Below are positions 1 to 7,778 of a stretch of 44,863 nt of DNA, piece by piece. The notes beneath the pieces were generated by a model, which had not been told where the DNA came from, ran no database searches, and saw only the letters and a list, made by a program, of their open reading frames with translations. Origin of the DNA: a virus (taxonomy: Duplodnaviria; Caudoviricetes); IMG/VR virus record IMGVR_UViG_3300032237_000438, positions 1-44,863 of that record; one strand, given 5' to 3'. Within the stretch, counting starts at the first letter, position 1; every line of letters begins with the position of its first letter. The position numbers were made by a program, and so were the translations under genes.

Positions 1-123
1 CTGGACCAACAAAGATCAGCTCTACGGAGCGTTCAAAAAGGTTCGGGATTACTGCGAGATCACCGAGGACCACGTGTGGCATTCGCTGCGCCATTCCTTC
101 GGGACGTGGTTGGGCGAACAGAC
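1..123. repeat. Terminal overlap identical to 44741-44863 (circular assembly overlap)
   Basis: First 123 nt equal last 123 nt; the integrase frame is continuous across the junction. Confidence 0.97.
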
Positions 124-232
124 TCACCCGCGCCAGATCATGGCGTTGATGGGCCACGCCCAAATCGAGACCTCGTTGCGGTACGTCAAACCCACCGACA
201 AGGCCATTAGATCCGCGATTCTCGCCATCTGA
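1..232 (+). CDS. int: Tyrosine integrase, C-terminal part (continues from 44130)
   Basis: Frame from base 2: WTNKDQLY...HVWHSLRHSFGTWL...MGHAQIETSLRY; HxxR, H and catalytic Y of lambda-type integrases; TGA at 230-232. Confidence 0.95.
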   Translation, partial: WTNKDQLYGAFKKVRDYCEITEDHVWHSLRHSFGTWLGEQTHPRQIMALMGHAQIETSLRYVKPTDKAIRSAILAI

Positions 233-271
233 TGGATCTACTGGTCCCTGTTTTTGGCCGTTTCAGCCGCC

Positions 272-280
272 TGCTACGCT
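272..280 (+). promoter_or_regulatory. Putative extended -10 promoter (TGcTACGCT) upstream of the tRNA half in attP
   Basis: TGnTAnnnT pattern 34 nt upstream of the tRNA 5' end; hairpin CTCGGC-CATC-GCCGAG at 291-306 in between. Confidence 0.4.
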
Positions 281-314
281 CCAACAGCCGCTCGGCCATC
301 GCCGAGATCCCTGT

Positions 315-359
315 GCGGATGTGGCGGAATTGGTAGACGCGCTAGTTTCAGGTTCTAGT
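315..359 (+). mobile_element. attP: attP core: 5' half of tRNA-Leu(CAG)
   Basis: GCGGATGTGGCGGAATTGGTAGACGCGCTAGTTTCAGGTTCTAGT gives acceptor 5' strand, D arm and anticodon arm (CAG) with no T arm or 3' end; directly downstream of int. Confidence 0.88.
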
Positions 360-396
360 AAAACAAGTTGCCACACTGACAACTGAAAAGCCACCG

Positions 397-418
397 GGGA
401 CCGAAAGGTCCCTTTTTT
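397..418 (+). terminator. Intrinsic terminator
   Basis: GGGACC-GAAA-GGTCCC followed by T6. Confidence 0.9.
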
Positions 419-456
419 ATTGGCTTTTGATCATTTCCACTCCGCCAAGCAAGTAA

Positions 457-606
457 ATGCCGAATCTAGCGCAGTACGAGATCGAGCAACTCAGCCCTGA
501 GGAGTACTCCAACTACCTCGCTTTTGGAGAGTCTTTGCTTCCAACCAAGCTCACGGAAGCGGAGTACGAGGAATACATCCTGGCCCAGCGAGAGTTTGAC
601 CTGTGA
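457..606 (+). CDS. Small acidic hypothetical protein (49 aa)
   Basis: Manual translation MPNLAQYEIEQLSPEEYSNY...EFDL; preceded by CCACT box at 437. Confidence 0.65.
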   Translation: MPNLAQYEIEQLSPEEYSNYLAFGESLLPTKLTEAEYEEYILAQREFDL

Positions 607-755
607 AAGATCTTAAGGTCTTCAATACCCACACTCTGGCTGATCTTCAGCAGATGATTGATCAGATCGAAGCCAGGTTAGAGAGGCTGCCAATTAAGTA
701 CCCAAACCCCAAGCGACTACATCGCACCTATGACGAAGAAGAGTCTTTCCGGTAA
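603..755 (+). CDS. Small hypothetical protein (50 aa)
   Basis: GTGA overlap with the previous stop; MKDLKVFNTHTLADLQQMIDQIEARL... Confidence 0.55.
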   Translation: MKDLKVFNTHTLADLQQMIDQIEARLERLPIKYPNPKRLHRTYDEEESFR

Positions 756-855
756 TACTTTTGTTCCGGGTAAACCAAAGCGCACACACCAAGGTCAAGG
801 AACTAGAAGTCTTCCAAAGAAAGGAAAGAAGCTTCTTAGGGGACAGGGTAAGTGA
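730..855 (+). CDS. Small basic protein (41 aa)
   Basis: MTKKSLSGNTFVPGKPKRTHQGQG...LLRGQGK; resembles small basic cyanophage proteins ending RGQGK. Confidence 0.65.
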   Translation: MTKKSLSGNTFVPGKPKRTHQGQGTRSLPKKGKKLLRGQGK

Positions 856-909
856 TATCCAGTCTGCTCATTATCCTCATTATCCTATTCATCCAACCAC
901 CCGCTAACC

Positions 910-1476
910 ATGTCTAAAAACCGCTACGTCTTCGATGCTGTCCTTGAAGGCTTCATCAATGTGTTTGAACCCTCTGGCAAGTTCAACAACTGCTGCTTTG
1001 CCTACCGGCTGCCGCCCTCCGTGCTGGAGCAGGCCGAAGCCGACCGCGAGGAGCTGCTGACCTGGGCCAAAACCAAGGTGGACAACCCCAACCGCATTGC
1101 CCTCAACCCCGCCAAGTGGGATGAGGAGGGTCTAGTCAAGTTCTCCTACGGCGGGGACACCGGCCGGCCTGAGCCTGTGTTTGTGGACACCGCTGGTCAG
1201 GCGGTGGAGAAGGCTGTCTTAAAGGAAGTCCGCAAGGGCACCAAGGTGCGCTTGATCGTGCAGCAGACCCCCTACACCAAGCCAGCTCTAGGCACCACCC
1301 TCAAGGTGCTGGGCGTCCAGATCGTGGAACTGGCCACCGGCAACGGGGCTGTGGACTCGGGCGACCTGAGTGCTGAAGACGTGGCAGCCCTGTTCGGGGA
1401 GGTCAAGGGCTTCAAGGCGGCGGAGCCTGCCGTGCGTCGGGCTGATTCCACTGCGGAAAGTGAGTACGAGTTCTGA
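910..1476 (+). CDS. ssDNA-binding protein (T7 gp2.5-like)
   Basis: Syntenic position, VQIVEL beta-strand motif, acidic C-terminus ending in Phe (ESEYEF). Confidence 0.88.
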   Translation: MSKNRYVFDAVLEGFINVFEPSGKFNNCCFAYRLPPSVLEQAEADREELLTWAKTKVDNPNRIALNPAKWDEEGLVKFSYGGDTGRPEPVFVDTAGQAVEKAVLKEVRKGTKVRLIVQQTPYTKPALGTTLKVLGVQIVELATGNGAVDSGDLSAEDVAALFGEVKGFKAAEPAVRRADSTAESEYEF

Positions 1477-1835
1477 TGCCAGCCTTCCGATCCGGCCTAG
1501 AGGATCGGCTGTCGAAGCATCTAGAGAAGTTAAACGTTCCTTATCTTTTTGAGTGTTCCAAATTCTCTTATACAACTGAGTCTAAATATACGCCAGATTT
1601 CTTCCTTCCTAACGGGGTCATCATTGAAGCCAAGGGCTTCTTCAAACCTACCGATAGAAGGAAGATGTTGGCAGTAAAGGCCCAGCATCCAGAGCTTGAT
1701 ATCCGATTCGTATTCCAACGCAATAACACGATCTCTAAGAACAGCACAAGTACCTATGGGAGCTGGGCCGATAAACACGGCTTTCCCTGGTGCATCTTTC
1801 CGAATATCCCACCCGATTGGTTCACCCCCAAATGA
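1476..1835 (+). CDS. Endonuclease I (T7 gp3-like)
   Basis: FRSGLE, YTPDF, IEAKG, DIRFVF, TYGSWADKHGF motifs. Confidence 0.95.
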   Translation: MPAFRSGLEDRLSKHLEKLNVPYLFECSKFSYTTESKYTPDFFLPNGVIIEAKGFFKPTDRRKMLAVKAQHPELDIRFVFQRNNTISKNSTSTYGSWADKHGFPWCIFPNIPPDWFTPK

Positions 1836-1981
1836 GCAAAGAAAATCCCAACGCTTCTGATCAAGTGTTTGTAAGGCTCGATGCTTTCGTGGAGTCCCTT
1901 GAAGATGAAGGCTATGCCTTTGACTTCATTATGGATGTACTTCGAGATTACGTCGAAATAGCAGAAGATTATGTCCTCTGA
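1832..1981 (+). CDS. Small acidic hypothetical protein (49 aa)
   Basis: ATGA overlap with the endonuclease stop; fills the gap to the primase. Confidence 0.6.
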   Translation: MSKENPNASDQVFVRLDAFVESLEDEGYAFDFIMDVLRDYVEIAEDYVL

Positions 1982-3569
1982 TGAGAACCAGTTTGTAGGG
2001 CATGAACCCTGTCCAAACTGCCCATCATCGGATGCGCTGGCCCGTTACTCCGACGGGTCAGCCTTTTGCTTTTCCTGTGGGCATCACATCAAGGGTGACG
2101 GCTCTATCCACCAATCCTCAAACCGATCGCGCCTTATGAACTACGCAGGGGACTTTGCCCCTATTAAGAGCCGACGACTAACCGAAGAGACCTGCCGAAA
2201 GTTCAACGTGCGCGTTGACTCCGGCCCTGTCATCCGCTTCCCCTACTACGATTCAACCCGCAACGTGGTTGGCTATAAGGAGCGGGACAAGGAGAAGAAC
2301 TTCAGATGGACTGGTAAAAACAGTGAGCACCAACTGTTTGGCCAGCACCTCTGGGGCTCTGGTAAGTCGATTGTTATTTCAGAAGGGGAGATGGATGCCT
2401 TGAGCATTTATCAAGCCCGACCTACTTGGCCTGTCGTTAGCATCCCGAACGGTGCGAGCGCAGCGGCCAAGGATCTTAAACATCAGATCCCCTGGCTACT
2501 GGGGTTTGATGAAATCATCCTCATGTTCGATGGGGATGAAGCCGGCCTCAAGGCCACCCAGGAAGCGGCCAGCCTGTTTCCTCCTGATCGTGTTTTCATG
2601 GCCTCTCTAGGGTCATATAAGGACGCCTCCGAAGCTTTACAAGCAGGAGATACCGAGGCCATCCGTCAGGCCGTATGGAACAAGCGGAGTTATACCCCGC
2701 AGACCATCGTTGACGGGAGAGACCTCTATGCATTGGTGTCTTCTCCACTTCAGGGGAAGGACGCCGACTACCCCTACAAGGCTCTCAATGCAGTGACCTC
2801 AGGCCTACGCCTGGGCGAGCTGGTCACCGTTACTGCCGGTTCCGGCGTGGGGAAGAGCACCTTCTGCGGTGAGCTAGCGATGGCCTTGGTCAACCAGGGC
2901 TTTGCCGTTGGCTACATCGCCTTGGAGGAGTCACTGAAGCGGACAGCCCTACGGCTGATGACCGTTTCAGCCAACAAGCCTCTCCACCTATCCAACGACA
3001 TCCCAGAGGAAGAGTTCGCGGCTGCCTTTAGTTCTTCTATTGGTAGTGGACGGGTCTACCTGCGGGATGGCTTTGGCTCCGTGGATCCCGATGTGATCCT
3101 CAATGACATCCGCTTCATGGTCAAGGCCAGGGATGTCAAGTTCGTCATCCTCGATCACCTCTCCATCCTGCTGAGCGGTAACGACACAGGGGATGAGCGG
3201 AAGATGATCGACGTAACGATGACCAAGCTGCGCTCCTTTGTGGAGGAGACAGGCATTGGCATGGTGCTGATCTCTCACCTGCGCCGCAGTCATAACGACA
3301 AGGGGCCTGAAGACGGATCAGCCATCAGCCTGCAAATGCTGAGGGGTAGTCACAGCATCGTGCAGCTTAGCGATCAGGTAATTGCCATTCAAAGATCCAT
3401 TACTGAGGGGCAAAGCCTCGCTGAAGTTGTGGTTCTCAAGAATCGATTTACTGGTCAAACAGGTCCTGCTGGATTCCTGTCGTATGACAAGGACACAGGC
3501 CGGCTACTAGAGGGAGAGTCCAATCAAGTCATTAGCACCAACACACCAATTACCTATGACGACTTCTAG
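1971..3569 (+). CDS. Primase/helicase (T7 gp4-like)
   Basis: Cys4 Zn ribbon (CPNC...CFSC), TOPRIM EGEMD/FDGD, Walker A AGSGVGKS, ILDH, LRGS, KNRFTG. Confidence 0.97.
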   Translation: MSSDENQFVGHEPCPNCPSSDALARYSDGSAFCFSCGHHIKGDGSIHQSSNRSRLMNYAGDFAPIKSRRLTEETCRKFNVRVDSGPVIRFPYYDSTRNVVGYKERDKEKNFRWTGKNSEHQLFGQHLWGSGKSIVISEGEMDALSIYQARPTWPVVSIPNGASAAAKDLKHQIPWLLGFDEIILMFDGDEAGLKATQEAASLFPPDRVFMASLGSYKDASEALQAGDTEAIRQAVWNKRSYTPQTIVDGRDLYALVSSPLQGKDADYPYKALNAVTSGLRLGELVTVTAGSGVGKSTFCGELAMALVNQGFAVGYIALEESLKRTALRLMTVSANKPLHLSNDIPEEEFAAAFSSSIGSGRVYLRDGFGSVDPDVILNDIRFMVKARDVKFVILDHLSILLSGNDTGDERKMIDVTMTKLRSFVEETGIGMVLISHLRRSHNDKGPEDGSAISLQMLRGSHSIVQLSDQVIAIQRSITEGQSLAEVVVLKNRFTGQTGPAGFLSYDKDTGRLLEGESNQVISTNTPITYDDF

Positions 3570-3897
3570 TCCCCATAAGATCTGCTTCTTCAAGAAAGAG
3601 GATTGCGCCCCATGCAATGGTGCGTCTGAAGCCTTGGATCGAGTCCTTGAACTGCATCCTGAATACAGCTATATCGTTACTGTATTCAAAAAGGAAAACC
3701 ACCCAGCATTGGTGGCAGCTTACGAACTTGAAATGTACCCTACGGCAATCATCTTTGACGTGGATACCCATGAGCTGGCCAGGAAGATCGGAGGTAAGTT
3801 TCTTACTTATGATTGGTGGTCTGCTGCGTTAACCGCTATTCACAGCCGCAGAAATGAGGGAGAAGAGAGTTTTAACAAGGCTCAATACCATATTTGA
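3556..3897 (+). CDS. Thioredoxin-fold protein
   Basis: CAPC active site, cis-Pro motif (MYPT), size 113 aa. Confidence 0.8.
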   Translation: MTTSSPHKICFFKKEDCAPCNGASEALDRVLELHPEYSYIVTVFKKENHPALVAAYELEMYPTAIIFDVDTHELARKIGGKFLTYDWWSAALTAIHSRRNEGEESFNKAQYHI

Positions 3898-3955
3898 TGG
3901 GCTCATTTTTATCACCAACCTCTTCATTGTTGCAGGGGTTATTCACCATTGGTAG
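3854..3955 (+). CDS. Tiny membrane peptide (33 aa)
   Basis: MREKRVLTRLNTIFDGLIFITNLFIVAGVIHHW; stop 3 nt before the polymerase start. Confidence 0.55.
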   Translation: MREKRVLTRLNTIFDGLIFITNLFIVAGVIHHW

Positions 3956-3958
3956 CTT

Positions 3959-5722
3959 ATGAGATTAGCTTTTGACGTTGAGACTGATGGACTCCTTCGG
4001 GATTTGTCTACGGTCCACTGTCTAGTTACACAGGATCTTGATAGTGGCCAAGTGCTGCGTTACGACGATTCAGGTTCCCATGAATCCATTACCACCGGCA
4101 TCAATATCTTGCTGGAGGCCGAGGAGCTATGGGGCCACAACATCATTGGGTATGACTTCGAGGCCATCCGTGAGGTGTATCCGTACTTCAACCCAGAACA
4201 GAAGGTTTACGACACCCTGATCCTTTCTCGCCTGTTCTTTACGGACATCATGGATCGGGACTTCAGGAGTAAGCCACCCAACATGCCGGCACAGCTGTTT
4301 GGCCGCCATTCCCTGGAAGCCTGGGGCTATCGCCTCGGCTGCCTGAAGAGTGAGTATGGCAAGCAGCTCAAGGGTGACTGGAGTACCTACACCCCAGAGA
4401 TGCTGGACTACTGCGCTCAAGACGTTGAAGTATCAGTTGCACTAAGCCAACTCTTTCAGCCCAAGCTGGAGAAGTATGCCGACTGCATCAGGACCGAGCA
4501 TGAGATTGCCCGGCTCATGTCTTGGCAGGAGCGGGAGGGATTCCCCTTCGATGAACAGAAGGCCCACCAGCTGGAAGGAAAGCTACGGGTAGAACTTGAA
4601 CAGCTCTCAGACGAGATGCGATCCACATTTCATTTTGTGGATGGAGGTAATTTCACCCCGGCCCGCCCCAACCAAACACGAGGGTATGTGTCCGGCGCTG
4701 AGTTCTGCCGCCTCAAAGAGTTCAACCCAACCTCCAGGCACCACATTGCTTTTGCTTTCAAATGGTTCAGAGGCTGGGAGCCGACTGAGTTCACCGAGAC
4801 CGGAACCCCGAAGATCGACGAGACGGTGCTCAAAGAGATAGGCACCGAGGAATCTCTCAAGTTTGGCCGGATCCTGGAGCTACAGAAGCACCTTGGTCAG
4901 CTGAGTGAGGGTGCTAATGCCTGGCTGAAGAAGGTGGAGAAGGATGGCCGTATCCATCACTCCTGCATTCTCAATACAGCCACGGGCCGTATGGCCCACA
5001 TGAAGCCCAACTTGGCTCAGGTCCCATCGGATCATGAGTACCGAGAACTTTTCCATGCTGGAGCTGGTAGGAAACTTGTATCAGCTGATGCTGCTGGCCT
5101 GGAGCTGAGATGCCTAGCGCACTACCTCAGCCGCTGGGACCAGGGAAAGTTCGGTAAGGAGCTGCTAGAGGGTGATATTCACACCCACCTGGCCAAGATC
5201 TACGGAACCGATAGATCGACTGGCAAGACTGTTACTTACTGCATGATCTACGGCGGTGGAGATGCCAAGTTAGGCGCCTCTGCTGGAGCTGAGAAGGGTT
5301 CTGCTACCAAGCGTGGCAAAGACATCCGCGCCAAGGTTCTGGCCAACCTGGCTGGCTTTAAGCAGCTCTCAGAAGCTGTTACCAGCCGCGCTGAAAGCGG
5401 TGTGATCAACGGTATTGATGGCCGCCCCATTCGTATTAAGAAGCCCCACGCTGCACTCAATTACCTACTCCAGTCATGTGGAGCGGTTATCTGCAAGCTT
5501 TGGGTCATACGAGCTAATGAATTAGCTAAAGAAGCCGGATTCGACTACTGGCCTGTGGAATTTGTCCATGACCAGATGAGTTGGAGCGTAGCTCCTGGGG
5601 ATGTTGATAAAGCCCTTTACTGTATTACTGCTGCTATTAAGGATGTGGAAACAGCTCTCAGTTTTAGATGTCCTCTCGATTGCGACCCCAAGTCAGGAGA
5701 CGACTGGAGCCAAGTTCACTAA
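3959..5722 (+). CDS. DNA polymerase family A (T7 gp5-like)
   Basis: Exo I DVETD, GHNIIGYD, YCAQDV; motif A DAAGLELR; motif B KTVTY..IYG; motif C VHDQ. Confidence 0.97.
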   Translation: MRLAFDVETDGLLRDLSTVHCLVTQDLDSGQVLRYDDSGSHESITTGINILLEAEELWGHNIIGYDFEAIREVYPYFNPEQKVYDTLILSRLFFTDIMDRDFRSKPPNMPAQLFGRHSLEAWGYRLGCLKSEYGKQLKGDWSTYTPEMLDYCAQDVEVSVALSQLFQPKLEKYADCIRTEHEIARLMSWQEREGFPFDEQKAHQLEGKLRVELEQLSDEMRSTFHFVDGGNFTPARPNQTRGYVSGAEFCRLKEFNPTSRHHIAFAFKWFRGWEPTEFTETGTPKIDETVLKEIGTEESLKFGRILELQKHLGQLSEGANAWLKKVEKDGRIHHSCILNTATGRMAHMKPNLAQVPSDHEYRELFHAGAGRKLVSADAAGLELRCLAHYLSRWDQGKFGKELLEGDIHTHLAKIYGTDRSTGKTVTYCMIYGGGDAKLGASAGAEKGSATKRGKDIRAKVLANLAGFKQLSEAVTSRAESGVINGIDGRPIRIKKPHAALNYLLQSCGAVICKLWVIRANELAKEAGFDYWPVEFVHDQMSWSVAPGDVDKALYCITAAIKDVETALSFRCPLDCDPKSGDDWSQVH

Positions 5723-6080
5723 GCCTTGTAGAAAATGCGGAGAGGATAAAGTTCTAGAGGCATTTCCTCTTTTCTCTACTTCTGAGGCTGGTCGCAAGAA
5801 TACATGTAAACAGTGCTCTAAAGAACTTTCTGTAGTCCGCACAAGGCTCAGGAAGATGCATCCAGCACCTTCACCTGGTATTTGCCCAGTCTGCGAATTA
5901 CACACAGATTCCTGGGTCTTAGATCATAACCATATGGCTGAGACCTTTAGGGGGTACATCTGCAACTCGTGCAACCTGGGCTTTGGGAAATTCAATGATG
6001 ACCCAAGGATTTTAGAGCGTGCTCTTCTTTATTTACTCAATTCCACTCAACCAAGTGAATCCATTAAAGCTACTGATTGA
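5643..6080 (+). CDS. Endonuclease VII-like (His-Me finger) nuclease, possibly homing; start uncertain
   Basis: CxxC pairs plus LDHNH...RGYICNSCNLGFG. Confidence 0.85.
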   Translation: MWKQLSVLDVLSIATPSQETTGAKFTKPCRKCGEDKVLEAFPLFSTSEAGRKNTCKQCSKELSVVRTRLRKMHPAPSPGICPVCELHTDSWVLDHNHMAETFRGYICNSCNLGFGKFNDDPRILERALLYLLNSTQPSESIKATD

Positions 6081-6786
6081 CGCTGACTACTTCTTCTACC
6101 GAGCGGCCTCTGCCAGCGAGGAGGAGCATGACTACAACGAGGAACTGACCGTAATCGTTGGAGACTTCAAGAAAGGAAAGAAGATTGTCCAACAGGAGCT
6201 GACCAGGCTCCAGGACCGCTTTGATACCAAGGATCTGCTGCTGACCTTCACCGATAGGGTCAACTTCCGCAAGTCCATTGACCCCTCTTACAAGGGGAAC
6301 CGAGTCAAGCGCAAACCATGCGGCTATCTCCGGCTTAAGGAGTGGGGGATGGAGACCTATCCCTCAATAATGAAGCCTGGCCTGGAGGCTGATGATGTCT
6401 GCGGAATCCTGGCCACCAATGGCAGCCTCCCCAGCTTTGTTCTTATCTCGCCTGATAAGGACATGCAGCAGGTTGCTTGCCGGATCTATGACCTGAAGAA
6501 CGAGTTTGACCAGAGCCCCGAAGCGGCTCGACGGAAACTCTTCGAGCAGTGCCTAACTGGTGACCAGACAGATGGTTACAGCGGCTGCGTTGGCGTAGGC
6601 CCTAAGCGAGCAGAGCAGATCCTGGATGGCTGTAAGAACAAGGACTATTGGCCAGCGGTAGTCGAAGCCTTTGAGAAGTCAGGGCAAAGCTACGAAGATG
6701 CCCTTAGAAACTTGCGTCTTGCACGGATTCTACAGGCTGCTGATTGGGATTCCGAGGGTCAAGTACCAATACTGTATCAGCCCTAA
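6055..6786 (+). CDS. 5'-3' exonuclease (T7 gp6-like)
   Basis: LLIDAD, NFRK, YKGNR, LEADD, DKD, GDQTDGYSGCVGVG; GTG start at 6055 preferred. Confidence 0.93.
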   Translation: MNPLKLLIDADYFFYRAASASEEEHDYNEELTVIVGDFKKGKKIVQQELTRLQDRFDTKDLLLTFTDRVNFRKSIDPSYKGNRVKRKPCGYLRLKEWGMETYPSIMKPGLEADDVCGILATNGSLPSFVLISPDKDMQQVACRIYDLKNEFDQSPEAARRKLFEQCLTGDQTDGYSGCVGVGPKRAEQILDGCKNKDYWPAVVEAFEKSGQSYEDALRNLRLARILQAADWDSEGQVPILYQP

Positions 6787-7016
6787 TGGCTTTCTATTAC
6801 TTATTCTTCTTTACTATTATAGCTCTTGCAGTACTAGATCAAAACTTAGTTAGATGGGCCATTCTACAGGTCCAGCGGCTGGAGCTTGCCGTAGAGATGT
6901 TTGCATTTCGTATACGTCTGGAGTGGCAAATCCGCAGAGACTTCAAGGACATAAACAAGTACATGCGGATGGCTGAAGAGATGCGTAAGGAGCTTGGAAT
7001 TGATGAAGCTGACTGA
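6786..7016 (+). CDS. Hypothetical protein with N-terminal TM helix
   Basis: TAATG coupling; hydrophobic MAFYYLFFFTIIALAVL. Confidence 0.65.
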   Translation: MAFYYLFFFTIIALAVLDQNLVRWAILQVQRLELAVEMFAFRIRLEWQIRRDFKDINKYMRMAEEMRKELGIDEAD

Positions 7017-7155
7017 CACTGAAATTAAGCTATTCCTCCACTACCTCCAAAACCGCAAGCAATACAAACCTTGTGGTCAGATCCTTGGCTATCCGGTATG
7101 GCAGGAATGGATGAACACCACAATTCAAAAACTTACCGACGAACTTAATCCATGA
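7003..7155 (+). CDS. Small hypothetical protein (50 aa)
   Basis: Manual translation MKLTDTEIKLFLHYLQNRK...; ATGA overlap with the next gene. Confidence 0.55.
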   Translation: MKLTDTEIKLFLHYLQNRKQYKPCGQILGYPVWQEWMNTTIQKLTDELNP

Positions 7156-7361
7156 GCAAGTATTCACCTGAGCATTACCAAACAGGAGTCATTGAGACCT
7201 GGGACTTCATAGCTGACCAACAACTGGACTTCTTCCTTGGCAACGTTGTCAAGTACATCTGCCGGGCCGGTAAGAAGCCTGGAGAAGATGAGATCGACGA
7301 TCTATTGAAAGCTAAGCAGTACATCGATAAACGCATCGATCTCCTAATCAAAACTATTTGA
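7152..7361 (+). CDS. DUF3310 / T7 gp1.7-like nucleotide kinase domain
   Basis: PEHY...IETWDFI...GNVVKYICRAGKK...DLLKA signature. Confidence 0.85.
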   Translation: MSKYSPEHYQTGVIETWDFIADQQLDFFLGNVVKYICRAGKKPGEDEIDDLLKAKQYIDKRIDLLIKTI

Positions 7362-7384
7362 TCACCACCGCCGCAGTTACCGCT

Positions 7385-7777
7385 ATGACCCGCACCACCC
7401 CAGACCTCTTAAGCCAGGCTATTGAATTTCGTTCTTTGATGGGACAGCCCATCGGAACCACTCAGGAGTCAATCCTGGAGATGCAAGCAGACCTAATCTT
7501 TGAAGAGTTTTATGAGTTCTTCGATGCATATGATGTTGCCCAAGCTATCCCACGTAGTGACGAAGCAAGAGCTGATGCGTTGAAGGAGCTTGCTGATCTT
7601 GTTTACGTCTGCTTTCAGTTTGCAGCTGCGATTGGCTGGCAGCTAGATGAAGCTTTAGACCGAGTTCATAAGAGCAACTTGTCCAAGCTTGTAGATGGAA
7701 AGCCCCTGAGGCGTGAGGACGGGAAAGTTCTCAAAGGCCCTGATTACCAACCACCTTACCTCAACGATCTCACTTAA
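7385..7777 (+). CDS. MazG-like nucleotide pyrophosphohydrolase
   Basis: LIFEEFYE, LKELADLVYV, VHKSNLSK, DGKVLKGPDY. Confidence 0.88.
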   Translation: MTRTTPDLLSQAIEFRSLMGQPIGTTQESILEMQADLIFEEFYEFFDAYDVAQAIPRSDEARADALKELADLVYVCFQFAAAIGWQLDEALDRVHKSNLSKLVDGKPLRREDGKVLKGPDYQPPYLNDLT

Positions 7778-7778
7778 T

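Noticed and set aside
315-359. Complete tRNA-Leu gene
   Set aside because: No variable arm, T arm or 3' acceptor strand; treated as attP
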